From the NCBI RefSeq assembly GCF_009914755.1, contig NC_060929.1: a stretch of DNA of 64,000 nucleotides. One strand, written 5' to 3'. Below are positions 1-14,200 of this stretch, piece after piece. The notes beneath the pieces were generated by a model, which had not been told where the DNA came from, ran no database searches, and was given only the letters and a program-made list of their open reading frames with translations. A program made the position numbers and the translations under genes. The stretch comes from the human T2T-CHM13v2.0 reference genome, Homo sapiens. Each line of letters starts with the position of its first letter. Positions within the stretch are counted from its first letter, which is position 1.

Positions 1-214
1 TTTTTGTGGAATTTGGAAGTGGAGATTTCAAGCGCTTTGAGGCCAAAGGCAGAAAAGGAAATATCTTCGTATAAAAACTAGACAGAATCATTCTCAGAAA
101 CTGCTCTGCGATGTGTGCGTTCAACTCTCAGAGTTTAACTTTTCTTTTCATTCAGCAGTTTGGAAACACTCTGTTTGTAAAGTCTGCACGTGGATATTTT
201 GACCACTTAGAGGC

Positions 215-231
215 CTTCGTTGGAAACGGGT
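215..231 (+). promoter_or_regulatory. CENP-B box, first of about 188, recurring every 339-340 bp (variant ending in T)
   Basis: CTTCGTTGGAAACGGGT retains the core nTTCGnnnnAnnCGGGn. The T-ending form occurs in the C, D and E dimers. Confidence 0.97.
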
Positions 232-256
232 TTTTTTCCTGTAAGGCTAGACAGAA

Positions 257-595
257 GAATTCCCAGTAACTTCCTTGTGTTGTGTACATTCAACTCACAG
301 AGTTGAACGTTCCCTTAGACAGAGCAGATTTGAAACACTCTTTTTGTGCAATTGGCAAGTGGAGATTTCAAGCGCTTTGAGGTCAATGGCAGAAAAGGAA
401 ATATCTTCGTTTCAAAACTAGACAGAATCATTCCCACAAACTGCGTTGTGATGTGTTCGCTCAACTCACAGAGTTTAACCTTTCTTTTCATAGAGCAGTT
501 AGGAAACAGTCTGTTTGTAAATTCTGTAAGTGGATATTCTGACATCTTGTGGCCTTCGTTGGAAACGGGATTTCTTCATATTCTGCTAGACAGAA
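257..595 (+). repeat. Example of dimer type A (339 bp, EcoRI to EcoRI), used as the HOR start marker
   Basis: Begins at GAATTC 257-262. Diagnostic motifs: GTGTACATTC, GAACGTTCCCTTAG, GTGCAATTGGC, CATTCCCACAAACTGCG, TGACATCTTGTGG. About 33 A-type copies in the window. Confidence 0.92.
554..570 (+). promoter_or_regulatory. CENP-B box, canonical 17-mer (A- and B-type dimers)
   Basis: Exact CTTCGTTGGAAACGGGA, 339 bp after the previous box. Confidence 0.98.
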
Positions 596-1660
596 GAATT
601 CTCAGAATCTTCCTTGTGTTGTGTGTATTCAACTCACAGAGTTGAACGATGGTTTACACAGAGCAGATTTGAAACACTCTTTTTGTGGAATTTTCAAGTG
701 GAGATTTCAGCCGCTTTGAGGTCAATGGTAGAAAAGGAAATATCTTCGTATAAAAACTAGACAGAATGATTCTCAGAAACTTCTTTGTGATGTGTGCGTT
801 CAACTCACAGAGTTTAACCTTTCTTTTCATAGAGCAGTTAGGAAACACTGTGTTTTTAAACTGTGCAAGTGGATATTCAGACCTCTTTGAGGCCTTCGTT
901 GGAAACGGGATTTCTTCATACTGTGCTAGACAGAAGAATTCTCAGTAACTTCCTTGTTTTGTGTGTATTCAACTCACAGAGTTGAACGATCCTTTACACA
1001 GAGCAGACTTGAATCACTCTTTTTGTGGAATTTGCAAGTGGAGATTTCAGCCGCGTTGAGGTCAATGGTAGAAAAGGAAATATCTTCGTATAAAAACTAG
1101 ACAGAATGATTCTCAGAAACTCCTTTGTGATGTGTGTGTTCAACTCACAGAGTTTAACATTTCTTTTCATAGAGCAGTTAGGAAACACTCTGTTTGTAAA
1201 GTTTGCAAGTGGATATTCAGACCTCTTTGAGGCCTTCGTTGGAAACGGGTTTTTTTCATATAAGGCTAGACAGAAGAATTCCCAGTAACTTCCTTGTGTT
1301 GTGTGTGTTCAACTCACAGAGTTGAACTTTCATTTACACAGAGCAGATTTGAAACTCTCTTTTTGTGGAATTTACAAATGGAGATTTCAAGCGCTTTGAG
1401 GCCAAAGGCAGAAAAGGAAATATCTTCGTATAAAAACTAGACAGAATCATTCTCAGAAACTGCTCTGCGATGTGTGCGTTCAACTCTCAGAGTTTAACTT
1501 TTCTTTTCATTCAGCAGTTTGGAAACACTCTGTTTGTAAAGTCTGCACGTGCATAATTTGACCACTTAGAGGCCTTCGTTGGAAACAGGTTTTTTTCATG
1601 TAAGGCTAGACAGAAGAATTCTCAGTAACTTCCTTGTGTTGTGTGTATTCAACTCACACA

Positions 1661-4600
1661 GTTCAACGATCCTTTACACAGAGCAGACTTGTAACACTCT
1701 TTTTGTGGAATTTGCAAGTGGAGATTTCAGCCGCTTTGAAGTCAAAGGTAGAAAAGGAAATATCTTCCTATAAAAACTAGACAGAATGATTCTCAGAAAC
1801 TCCTTTGTGATGTGTGCGTTCAACTCACAGAGTTTAACCTTTCTTTTCATTCACCAGTTTGGAAACACTCTGTTTGTAAAGTCTGCACGTGGATATTTTG
1901 ACCACTTAGAGGCCTTCGTTGGAAACGGGTTTTTTTCCTGTAAGGCTAGACAGAAGAATTCCCAGTAACTTCCTTGTGTTGTGTACATTCAACTCACAGA
2001 GTTGAACGTTCCCTTAGACAGAGCAGATTTGAAACACTCTTTTTGTGCAATTGGCAAGTGGAGATTTCAAGCGCTTTGAGGTCAATGGCAGAAAAGGAAA
2101 TATCTTCGTTTCAAAACTAGACAGAATCATTCCCACAAACTGCGTTGTGATGTGTTCGTTCAACTCACAGAGTTTAACCTTTCTTTTCATAGAGCAGTTA
2201 GGAAACAGTCTGTTTGTAAATTCTGTAAGTGGATATTCTGACATCTTGTGGCCTTCGTTGGAAACGGGATTTCTTCATATTCTGCTAGACAGAAGAATTC
2301 TCAGAATCTTCCTTGTGTTGTGTGTATTCAACTCACAGAGTTGAACGATGGTTTACACAGAGCAGATTTGAAACACTCTTTTGGTGGAATTTGCAAGTGG
2401 AGATTTCAGCCGCTTTGAGGTCAATGGTAGAAAAGGAAATATCTTCGTATAAAAACTAGACAGAATGATTCTCAGAAACTTCTTTGTGATGTGTGCGTTC
2501 AACTCATAGAGTTTAACCTTTCTTTTCATAGAGCAGTTAGGAAACACTCGGTTTGTAAACTCTGCAAGTGGATATTCAGACCTCTTTGAGGCCTTCGTTG
2601 GAAACGGGATTTCTTCATACTGTGCTAGACAGAAGAATTCTCAGTAACTTCCTTGTGTTGTGTGTATTCAACTCACAGAGTTGAACGATCCTTTACACAG
2701 AGCGGACTTGAAACACTCTTTTTGTGAAATTTGCAAGTGGAGATTTCAGCCGCGTTGAGGTCAATGGTAGAAAAGGAAATATCTTCGTATAAAAACTAGA
2801 CAGAATGATTCTCAGAAACTCCTTTGTGATGTGTGTGTTCAACTCACAGAGTTTAACCTTTCTTTTCATAGAGCAGTTAGGAAACACTCTGTTTGTAAAG
2901 TCTGCAAGTGGATATTCAGACCTCTTTGAGGCCTTCGTTGGAAACGGGTTTTTTTCATATAAGGCTAGACAGAAGAATTCCCAGTAACTTCCTTGTGTTG
3001 TGTGTGTTCAACTCACAGAGTTGAACTTTCATTTACACAGAGCAGATTTGAAACACTCTTTTTGTATAATTTGCAAATGGAGATTTCAAGCGCTTTGAGG
3101 CCAAAGGCAGAAAAGGAAATATCTTCTTATAAAAACTAGACAGAATCATTCTCAGAAACTGCTCTGCGATGTGTGCGTTCAACTCTCAGAGTTTAACTTT
3201 TCTTTTCATTCAGCAGTTTGGAAACACTCTGTTTGTAAAGTCTGCACGTGGATAATTTGACCACTTAGAGGCCTTCGTTGGAAACGGGTTTTTTTCATGT
3301 AAGGCTAGACAGAAGAATTCTCAGTAACTTCCTTGTGTTGTGTGTATTCAACTCACAGAGTTGAACGATCCTTTACCCAGAGCAGACTTGTAACACTCTT
3401 TTTGTGGAATTTGCAAGTGGAGATTTCAGCCGCTTTGAAGTCAAAGGTAGAAAAGGAAATATCTTCCTACAAAAAATAGACAGAATGATTCTCAGAAACT
3501 CCTTTGTGATGTGTGCGTTCAACTCACAGAGTTTAACCTTTCTTTTCATTCACCAGTTTGGAAACACTCTGTTTGTAAAGTCTGCACGTGGATATTTTGA
3601 CCACTTAGAGGCCTTCGTTGGAAACGGGTTTTTTTCCTGTAAGGCTAGACAGAAGAATTCCCAGTAACTTCCTTGTGTTGTGTACATTCAACTCACAGAG
3701 TTGAACGTTCCCTTAGACAGAGCAGATTTGAAACACTCTTTTTGTGCAATTGGCAAGTGGAGATTTCAAGCGCTTTGAGGTCAATGGCAGAAAAGGAAAT
3801 ATCTTCGTTTCAAAACTAGACAGAATCATTCCCACAAACTGCGTTGTGATGTGTTCGTTCAACTCACAGAGTTTAACCTTTCTTTTCATAGAGCAGTTAG
3901 GAAACAGTCTGTTTGTAAATTCTGTAAGTGGATATTCTGACATCTTGTGGCCTTCGTTGGAAACGGGATTTCTTCATATTCTGCTAGACAGAAGAATTCT
4001 CAGAATCTTCCTTGTGTTGTGTGTATTCAACTCACAGAGTTGAACGATGGTTTACACAGAGCAGATTTGAAACACTCTTTTGGTGGAATTTGCAAGTGGA
4101 GATTTCAGCCGCTTTGAGGTCAATGGTAGAAAAGGAAATATCTTCGTATAAAAACTAGACAGAATGATTCTCAGAAACTTCTTTGTGATGTGTGCGTTCA
4201 ACTCATAGAGTTTAACCTTTCTTTTCATAGAGCAGTTAGGAAACACTCGGTTTGTAAACTCTGCAAGTGGATATTCAGACCTCTTTGAGGCCTTCGTTGG
4301 AAACGGGATTTCTTCATACTGTGCTAGACAGAAGAATTCTCAGTAACTTCCTTGTGTTGTGTGTATTCAACTCACAGAGTTGAACGATCCTTTACACAGA
4401 GCGGACTTGAAACACTCTTTTTGTGAAATTTGCAAGTGGAGATTTCAGCCGCGTTGAGGTCAATGGTAGAAAAGGAAATATCTTCGTATAAAAACTAGAC
4501 AGAATGATTCTCAGAAACTCCTTTGTGATGTGTGTGTTCAACTCACAGAGTTTAACCTTTCTTTTCATAGAGCAGTTAGGAAACACTCTGTTTGTAAAGT

Positions 4601-5248
4601 CTGCAAGTGGATATTCAGACCTCTTTGAGGCCTTCGTTGGAAACGGGTTTTTTTCATATAAGGCTAGACAGAAGAATTCCCAGTAACTTCCTTGTGTTGT
4701 GTGTGGTCAACTCACAGAGTTGAACTTTCATTTACACAGAGCAGATTTGAAACACTCTTTTTGTATAATTTGCAAATGGAGATTTCAAGCGCTTTGAGGC
4801 CAAAGGCAGAAAAGGAAATATCTTCTTATAAAAACTAGACAGAATCATTCTCAGAAACTGCTCTGCGATGTGTGCGTTCAACTCTCAGAGTTTAACTTTT
4901 CTTTTCATTCAGCAGTTTGGAAACACTCTGTTTGTAAAGTCTGCACGTGGATAATTTGACCACTTAGAGGCCTTCGTTGGAAACGGGTTTTTTTCATGTA
5001 AGGCTAGACAGAAGAATTCTCAGTAACTTCCTTGTGTTGTGTGTATTCAACTCACAGAGTTGAACGATCCTTTACACAGAGCAGACTTGTAACACTCTTT
5101 TTGTGGAATTTGCAAGTGGAGATTTCAGCCGCTTTGAAGTCAAAGGTAGAAAAGGAAATATCTTCCTATAAAAACTAGACAGAATGATTCTCAGAAACTC
5201 CTTTGTGATGTGTGCGTTCAACTCACAGAGTTTAACCTTTCTTTTCAT
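1661..5248 (+). repeat. Tandem duplication of a 1699-bp 10-monomer HOR variant
   Basis: Private variants repeated at +1699: TCACCAG, ACTCATAG, CACTCGG, GTGAAAT, TGTATAAT, CTTCTTAT. The same pair recurs at 41741-45328. Confidence 0.92.
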
Positions 5249-8200
5249 AGAGCAGTTAGGAAACACTCTGTTTGTAAATCTGCAAGTGGATATTCAGACC
5301 TCTTTGAGGCCTTCGTTGGAAACGGGTTTTTTTCATATAAGGCTAGACAGAAGAATTCCCAGTAACTTCCTTGTGTTGTGTGTGTTCAACTCACAGAGTT
5401 GAACTTTCATTTACACAGAGCAGATTTGAAACACTCTTTTTGTGGAATTTGCAAGTGGAGATTTCAAGCGCTTTGAGGCTAAAGGCAGAAAAGGAAATAT
5501 CTTCGTATAAAAACTAGGCAGAATCATTCTCAGAAACTGCTCTGCGATGTGTGCGTTCAACTCTCAGAGTTTAACTTTTCTTTTCATTCAGCAGTTTGGA
5601 AACACACTGTTTGTAAAGTCTGCACGTGGATATTTTGACCACTTAGAGGCCTTCGTTGGAAACGGGTTTTTTTCCTGTAAGGCTAGACAGAAGAATTCCC
5701 AGTAACTTCCTTGTGTTGTGTACATTCAACTCACAGAGTTGAACGTTCCCTTAGACAGAGCAGATTTGAAAAACTCTTTTAGTGCAATTGGCAAGTGGAG
5801 ATTTCAAGCGCTTTAAGGTCAATGGCAGAAAAGGAAATATCTTCGTTTCAAAACTAGACAGAATCATTCCCACAAACTGCGTTGTGATGTGTTCGTTCAA
5901 CTCACAGAGTTTAACCTTTCTTTTCATAGAGCAGTTAGGAACCAGTCTGTTTGTAAATTCTGTAAGTGGATATTCTGACATCTTGTGACCTTCGTTGGAA
6001 ACGGGATTTCTTCATATTCTGCTAGACAGAAGAATTCTCAGAATCTTCCTTGTGTTGTGTGTATTCAACTCACAGAGTTGAACGATGGTTTACACAGAGC
6101 AGATTTGAAACACTCTTTTTGTGGAATTTGCAAGTGGAGATTTCAGCCGCTTTGAGGTCAATGGTAGAAAAGGAAATATCTTCGTATAAAAACTAGACAG
6201 AATGATTCTCAGAAACTTCTTTGTCATGTGTGCGTTCAACTCACAGAGTTTAACCTTTCTTTTCATAGAGCAGTTAGGAAACACTCTGTTTGTAAACTCT
6301 GCAAGTGGATATTCAGACCTCTTTGAGGCCTTCGTTGGAAACGGGATTTCTTCATACTGTGCTAGACAGAAGAATTCTCAGTAACTTCCTTGTGTTGTGT
6401 GTATTCAACTCACAGAGTTGAACGATCCTTTACACAGAGCAGACTTGAAACACTCTTTTTGTGGAATTTGCAAGTGGAGATTTCAGCCGCGTTGAGGTCA
6501 ATGGTAGAAAAGGAAATATCTTCGTATAAAAACTAGACAGAATGATTCTCAGAAACTTCTTTGTGATGTGTGTGTTCAACTCACAGAGTTTAACCTTTCT
6601 TTTCATAGAGCAGTTAGGAAACACTCTGTTTGTAAAGTCTGCAAGTGGATATTCAGACCTCTTTGAGGCCTTCGTTGGAAACGGGTTTTTTTCATATAAG
6701 GCTAGACAGAAGAATTCCCAGTAACTTCCTTTTGTTGTGTGTGTTCAAGTCACAGAGATGAACTCTCATTTACACAGAGCAGATTTGAAACTCTCTTTTT
6801 GTGGAATTTGCAAATGGAGATTTCAAGCGCTTTGAGGCCAAAGGCAGAAAAGGAAATATCTTCCTATAAAAACTAGACAGAATCATTCTCAGAAACTGCT
6901 CTGCGATGTGTGCGTTCAACTCTCAGAGTTTAACTTTTCTTTTCATTCAGCAGTTTGGAAACACTCTGTTTGTAAAGTCTGCACGTGCATAATTTGACCA
7001 CTTAGAGGCCTTCGTTGGAAACAGGTTTTTTTCATGTAAGGCTAGACAGAAGAATTCTCAGTAACTTCCTTGTGTTGTGTGTATTCAACTCACACAGTTG
7101 AACGATCCTTTACACAGAGCAGACTTGTAACACTCTTTTTGTGGAATTTGCAAGTGGAGATTTCAGCCGCTTTGAAGTCAAAGGTAGAAAAGGAAATATC
7201 TTCCTATAAAAACAAGACAGAATCATTCTCAGAAACTGCTCTGCGATGTGTGCGTTCAACTCTCAGAGTTTAACTTTTCTTTTCATTCAGCAGTTTGGAA
7301 ACACTCTGTTTGTAAAGTCTGCACGTGGATATTTTGACCACTTAGAGGCCTTCGTTGGAAACGGGTTTTTTTCCTGTAAGGCTAGACAGAAGAATTCCCA
7401 GTAACTTCCTTGTGTTGTGTACATTCAACTCACAGAGTTGAACGTTTCCTTAGACAGAGCAGATTTGAAACACTCTTTTTGTGCAATTGGCAAGTGGAGA
7501 TTTCAAGCGCTTTGAGGTCAATGGCAGAAAAGGAAATATCTTCGTTTCAAAACTAGACAAAATCATTCCCACAAACTGCGTTGTGATGTGTTCGTTCAAC
7601 TCACAGAGTTTAACCTTTCTTTTCATAGAACAGTTAGGAAACAGTCTGTTTGTAAATTCTGTAAGTGGATATTCTGATATCTTTTGGCCTTCGTTGGAAA
7701 CGGGATTTCTTCATATTCTGCTAGACAGAAAAATTCTCAGAATCTTCCTTGTGTTGTGTGTATTCAACTCACAGAGTTGAACGATCCTTTACACAGAGCA
7801 GATTTGAAACACTCTTTTTGTGGAATTTGCAAGTGGAGATTTCAAGCGCTTTGAGGCTAAAGGCAGAAAAGGAAATATCTTCGTATAACAACTAGACAGA
7901 ATCATTCTCAGAAACTGCTCTGCGATGTGTGCGTTCAACTCTCAGAGTTTAACTTTTCTTTTCATTCAGCAGTTTGGAAACACTCTGTTTGTAAAGTCTG
8001 CACGTGGATAATTTGACCACTTAGAGGCCTTCGTTGGAAACGGGTTTTTTTCATGTAAGGCTAGACAGAAGAATTCTCAGTAACTTCCTTGTGTTGTGTG
8101 TATTCAACTCACAGAGTTGAACGATCCTTTACACAGAGCAGACTTGTAACACACTTTTTGTGGAATTTGCAAGTGGAGATTTCAGCCGCTTTGAAGTCAA

Positions 8201-11200
8201 AGGTAGAAAAGGAAATATCTTCCTATAAAAACTAGACAGAATGATTCTCAGAAACTCCTTTGTAATGTGTGCGTTCAACTCACAGAGTTTAACGTTTCTT
8301 TTCATAGAGCAGTTAGGAAACACTCTGTTTGTAAAGTCTGCAAGTGGATATTCAGACCTCTTTGAGGCCTTCGTTGGAAACGGGTTTTTTTCATATAAGG
8401 CTAGACAGAAGAATTCCCAGTAACTTCCTTGTGTTGTGTGTGTTCAACTCACAGAGTTGAACTTTCATTTACACAGAGCAGATTTGAAACACTCTTTTTG
8501 TGGAATTTGCAAGTGGAGATTTCAAGCGCTTTGAGGCTAAAGGCAGAAAAGGAAATATCTTCGTATAAAAACTAGACAGAATCATTCTCAGAAACTGCTC
8601 TGCGATGTGTGCGTTCAACTCTCAGAGTTTAACTTTTCTTTTCATTCAGCAGTTTGGAAACACTCTGTTTTTAAAGTCTGCACGTGGATATTTTGACCAC
8701 TTAGAGGCCTTCGTTGGAAACGGGTTTTTTTCCTGTAAGGCTAGACAGAAGAATTCCCAGTAACTTCCTTGTGTTGTGTACATTCAACTCACAGAGTTGA
8801 ACGTTCCCTTAAACAGAGCAGATTTGAAACACTCTTTTTGTGCAATTGGCAAGTGGAGATTTCAAGCGCTTTGAGGTCAATGGCAGAAAAGGAAATATCT
8901 TCGTTTCAAAACTAGACAGAATCATTCCCACAAACTGCGTTGTGATGTGTTCGTTCAACTCACAGAGTTTAACCTTTCTTTTCATAGAGCAGTTAGGAAA
9001 CAGTCTGTTTGTAAATTCTGTAAATGGATATTCTGACATCTTGTGGCCTTCGTTGGAAACTGGATTTCTTCATACTATGCTAGACAGAAGAATTCTCAGT
9101 AACTTCCTTGTGTTGTGTGTATTCAACACACAGAGTTGAACGATCCTTTACACAGAGCAGACTTGAAACACTCTTTTTGTGGAATTTGCAAGTGGAGATT
9201 TCAGCCGCTTTGAGGTCAATGGTAGAAAAGGAAGTATCTTCGTATAAAAACCAGACAGAATGATTCTCAGAAACTCCTTTGTGATGTGTGTGTTCAACTC
9301 ACAGAGTTTAACCTTTCTTTTCATAGAGCAGTTAGGAAACACTCTGTTTGTAAAGTCTGCAAGTGGATATTGAGACCTCTTTGAGGCCTTCGTTGGAAAC
9401 GGGTTTTTTTCATATAAGGCTAGACAGAAGAATTCCCAGTAACTTCCTTGTGTTGTGTGTGTTCAACTCACAGAGTTGAACTTTCATTTACACAGAGCAG
9501 ATTTGAAACACTCTTTTTGTGGAATTTGCAAGTGGAGATTTCAAGCGCTTTGAGGCCAAAGGCAGAAAAGGATATATCTTCGTATAAAAACTAGACAGAA
9601 TCATTCTCAGAAAATGCTCTGCGATGTGTGCGTTCAACTCTCAGAGTTTAACTTTTCTTTTCATTCAGCAGTTTGGAAACACTCTGTTTGTAAAGTCTGC
9701 ACGTGGATAATTTGACCACTTAGAGGCCTTCGTTGGAAACGGGTTTTTTTCATGTAAGGCTAGACAGAATTCTCAGTAACTTCCTTGTGTTGTGTGTATT
9801 CAACTCACAGAGTTGAACGATCCTTTGCACAGAGCAGACTTGGAACACTCTTTTTGTGGAATTTGCAAGTGGAGATTTCAGCCGCTTTGAAGTCAAAGGT
9901 AGAAAAGGAAATATCTTCCTATAAAAACTAGACAGAATGTTTCTCAGAAACTCCTTTGTGATGTGTGCGTTCAACTCACAGAGTTTAACCTTTCTTTTCA
10001 TAGAGCAGTTAGGAAACACTCTGTTTGTAAAGTCTGCAAGTGGATATTCAGACCTCTTTGAGGCCTTCGTTGGAAACGGGTTTTTTTCATATAAGGCTAG
10101 ACAGAAGAATTCCCAGTAACTTCCTTGTGTTGTGTGTGTTCAACTCACAGAGTTGAACTTTCATTTACACAGAGCAGATTTGAAACACTCTTTTTGTGGA
10201 ATTTGCAAGTGGAGATTTCAAGCGCTTTGAGGCCAAAGGCAGAAAAGGAAATATCTTCGTATAAAAACTAGACAGAATCATTCTCAGAAACTGCTCTGCG
10301 ATGTGTGCATTCAACTCTCAGAGTTTAACTTTTCTTTTCATTCAGCAGTTTGGAAACACTCTGTTTGTAAAGTCTGCACGTGGATATTTTGACCACTTAG
10401 AGGCCTTCGTTGGAAACGGGTTTTTTTCCTGTAAGGCTAGACAGAAGAATTCCCAGTAACTTCCTTGTGTTGTGTACATTCAACTCACAGAGTTGAACGT
10501 TCCGTTAGACAGAGCAGATTTGAAACACTCTTTTTGTGCAATTGGCAAGTGGAGATTTCAAGCGCTTTGAGGTCAATGGCAGAAAAGGAAATATCTTCGT
10601 TTCAAAACTAGACAGAATCATTCCCACAAACTGCGTTGTGATGTGTTCGTTCAACTCACAGAGTTTAACCTTTCTTTTCATAGAGCAGTTAGGAAACAGT
10701 CTGTTTGTAAATTCTGTAAGTGGATATTCTGACATCTTGTGGCGTTCGTTGGAAACGGGATTTCTTCATATTCTGCTAGACAGAAGAATTCTCAGAATCT
10801 TCCTTGTGTTGTGTGTATTCAACTCACAGAGTTGAACGATGGTTTACACAGAGCAGATTTGAAACACTCTTTTGGTGGAATTTGCAAGTGGAGATTTCAG
10901 CCGCTTTGAGGTCAATGGTAGAAAAGGAAATATCTTCGTATAAAAACTAGACAGAATGATTCTCAGAAACTTCTTTGTGATGTGTGCGTTCAACTCACAG
11001 AGTTTAACCTTTCTTTTCATAGAGCAGTTAGGAAACACTGTGTTTTTAAACTGTGCAAGTGGATAATCAGACCTCTTTGAGGCCTTCGTTGGAAACGGGA
11101 TTTCTTCATACTGTGCTAGACAGAAGAATTCTCAGTAACTTCCTTGTGTTGTGTGTATTCAACTCACAGAGTTGAACGATCCTTTACACAGAGCAGACTT

Positions 11201-14200
11201 GAAACACTCTTTTTGTGGAATTTGCAACTGGAGATTTCAGCCGCGTTGATGTCAATGGTAGAAAAGGAAATATCTTCGTATAAAAACTGGACAGAATGAT
11301 TCTCAGAAACTCCTTTGTGATGTGTGTGTTCAACTCACAGAGTTTAACCTTTCTTTTCATAGAGCAGTTAGGAAACACTCTGTTTGTAAAGTCTGCAAGT
11401 GGATATTCAGACCTCTTTGAGGCCTTCGTTGGAAACGGGTTTTTTTCATATAAGGCTAGACAGAAGAATTCCCAGTAACTTCCTTGTGTTGTGTGTGTTC
11501 AACTCACAGAGTTGAACTTTCATTTACACAGAGCAGATTTGAAACACTCTTTTTGTGGAATTTGCAAGTGGAGATTTCAAGCGCTTTGAGGTCAATGGCA
11601 GAAAAGGAAATATCTTCGTTTCAATCTAGACAGAATCATTCCCACAAACTGCGTTGTGATGTGTTCTTTCAACTCACTGAGTTTAACCTTTCTTTTCATA
11701 GAGCAGTTAGGAAACAATCTGTTTGTAAATTCTGTAAGTGGATATTCTGACATCTTGTGGCCTTCGTTGGTAACGGGATTTCTTCATATTCTGTTAGACA
11801 GAAGAATTCTCAGAATCTTCCTTGTGTTGTGTGTATTCAACTCACAGAGTTGAACGATGGTTTACACAGAGCAGATTTGAAACACTCTTTTGGTGGAATT
11901 TGCATGTGGAGATTTCAGCCGCCTTGAGGTCAATGGTAGAAAAGGAAATATCTTCGTATAAAAACTAGACAGAATGATTCTCAGAAACTTCTTTGTGATG
12001 TGTGCGTTCAACTCACAGAGTTTAACCTTTCTTTTCATAGAACAGTTAGGAAACACTCTGTTTGTAAACTCTGCAAGTGGATATTCAGACCTCTTTGAGG
12101 CCTTCGTTGGAAACGGGATTTCTTCATACTATGCTATATAGAAGAATTCTCAGTAACTTCCTTGTGTTGTGTGTATTCAACTCACAGAGTTGAACGATCC
12201 TTTACACAGAGCAGACTTGAAACACTCTTTTTGTGGAATTTGCAAGTGGAGATTTCAGCCGCTTTGAGGTCAATGGTAGAAAAGGAAATATCTTCGTATA
12301 AAAACTAGACAGAATGATTCTCAGAAACTCCTTTGTGATGTGTGTGTTCAACTCACAGAGTTTAACCTTTCTTTTCATAGAGCAGTTAGGAAACACTCTG
12401 TTTGTAAAGTCTGCAAGTGGATATTCAGACCTCTTTGAGGCCTTCGTTGGAAACGGGTTTTTTTCATATAAGGCTAGACAGAATTCTCAGTAACTTCCTT
12501 GTGTTGTGTGTGTTCAACTCACAGAGTTGAACTTTCATTTACACAGAGCAGATTTGAAACACTCTTTTTGTGGAATTTGCAAGTGGAGATTTCAAGCGCT
12601 TTGAGGCCAAAGGCAGAAAGGGAAATATCTTCGTATAAAAACTAGACAGAATCATTCTCAGAAACTGCTCTGCGATGTGTGCGTTCAACTCTCAGAGTTT
12701 AACTTTTCTTTTCATTCAGCAGTTTGGAAACACTCTGTTTGTAAAGTCTGCACGTGGATAATTTGGCCACTTAGAGGCCTTCGTTGGAAACGGGTTTTTT
12801 CATGTAAGGCTAGACAGAATTCTCAGTAACTTCCTTGTGTTGTGTGTATTCAACTCACAGAGTTGAACGATCCTTTACACAGAGCAGACTTGTAACACTC
12901 TTTTTGTGGAATTTGCAAGTGGAGATTTCAGCCGCTTTGAAGTCAAAGGTAGAAAAGGAAATATCTTCCTATAAAAACTAGACAGAATAATTCTCAGAAA
13001 CTCCTTTGTGATGTGTGCGTTCAACTGACAGAGTTTAACCTTTCTTTTCATAGAGCAGTTAGGAAACACTCTGTTTGTAAAGTCTGCAAGTGGATATTCA
13101 GACCTCTTTGAGGCCTTCGTTGGAAACGGGTTTTTTTCATATAAGGCTAGACAGAAGAATTCCCAGTAACTTCCTTGTGTTGTGTGTGTTCAACTCACAG
13201 AGTTGAACTTTCATTTACACAGAGCAGATTTGAAACACTCTTTTTGTGGAATTTGCAAGTGGAGATTTCAAGCGCTTTGAGGCCAAAGGCAGAAAAGGAA
13301 ATATCTTCGTTTAAAAACTAGACAGAATCATTCTCAGAAACTGCTCTGCGATGTGTGCGTTCAACTCTCAGAGTTTAACTTTTCTTTTCATTCAGCAGTT
13401 TGGAAACACTCTGTTTGTAAAGTCTGCACGTGGATAATTTGACCACTTAGAGGCCTTCGTTGGAAACGGGTTTTTTTCATGTAAGGCTAGACAGAAGAAT
13501 TCTCAGTAACTTCCTTGTGTTGTGTGTATTCAACTCACAGAGTTGAACGATCCTTTACACAGAGCAGACTTGTAACACTCTTTTTGTGGAATTTGCAAGT
13601 GGAGATTTCAGCCGCTTTGAAGTCAAAGGTAGAAAAGGAAATATCTTCCTATAAAAACTAGACAGAATGATTCTCAGAAACTCCTTTGTGATGTGTGCGT
13701 TCAACTCACAGAGTTTAACCTTTCTTTTCATAGAGCAGTTAGGAAACACTCTGTTTGTAAAGTCTGCAAGTGGATATTCAGACCTCTTTGAGGCCTTCCT
13801 TGGAAACGGGTTTTTTTCATATAGGGCTAGACAGAAGAATTCCCAGTAACTTCCTTGTGTTGTGTGTGTTCAACTCACAGAGTTGAACTTTCATTTACAC
13901 AGAGCAGATTTGAAACACTCTTTTTGTGGAATTTGCAAGTGGAGATTTCAAGCGCTTTGAGGCTAAAGGCAGAAAAGGAAATATCTTCGTATAAAAACTA
14001 GACAGAATCATTCTCAGAAACTGCTCTGCGATGTGTGCGTTCAACTCTCAGAGTTTAACTTTTCTTTTCATTCAGCAGTTTGGAAACACTCTGTTTGTAA
14101 AGTCTGCACGTGGATATTTTGACCACTTAGAGGCCTTCGTTGGAAACGGGTTTTTTTCCTGTAAGGCTAGACAGAAGAATTCCCAGTAACTTCCTTGTGT

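Larger units (their letters stand above)
1..9700 (+). repeat. Copy 1 of a large near-identical segment (partner 40081-51480)
   Basis: Shared rare variants at offset 40,080 (460/40540, 958/41038, 1-bp deletion 5279/45359), then at offset 41,779 (9573/51352, 9614/51393). Confidence 0.95.

Noticed and set aside
221-240. GGG followed by a T7 run, resembling an intrinsic terminator
   Set aside because: It is the 3' flank of the CENP-B box in C/D/E dimers, with no GC-rich stem and no bacterial context.
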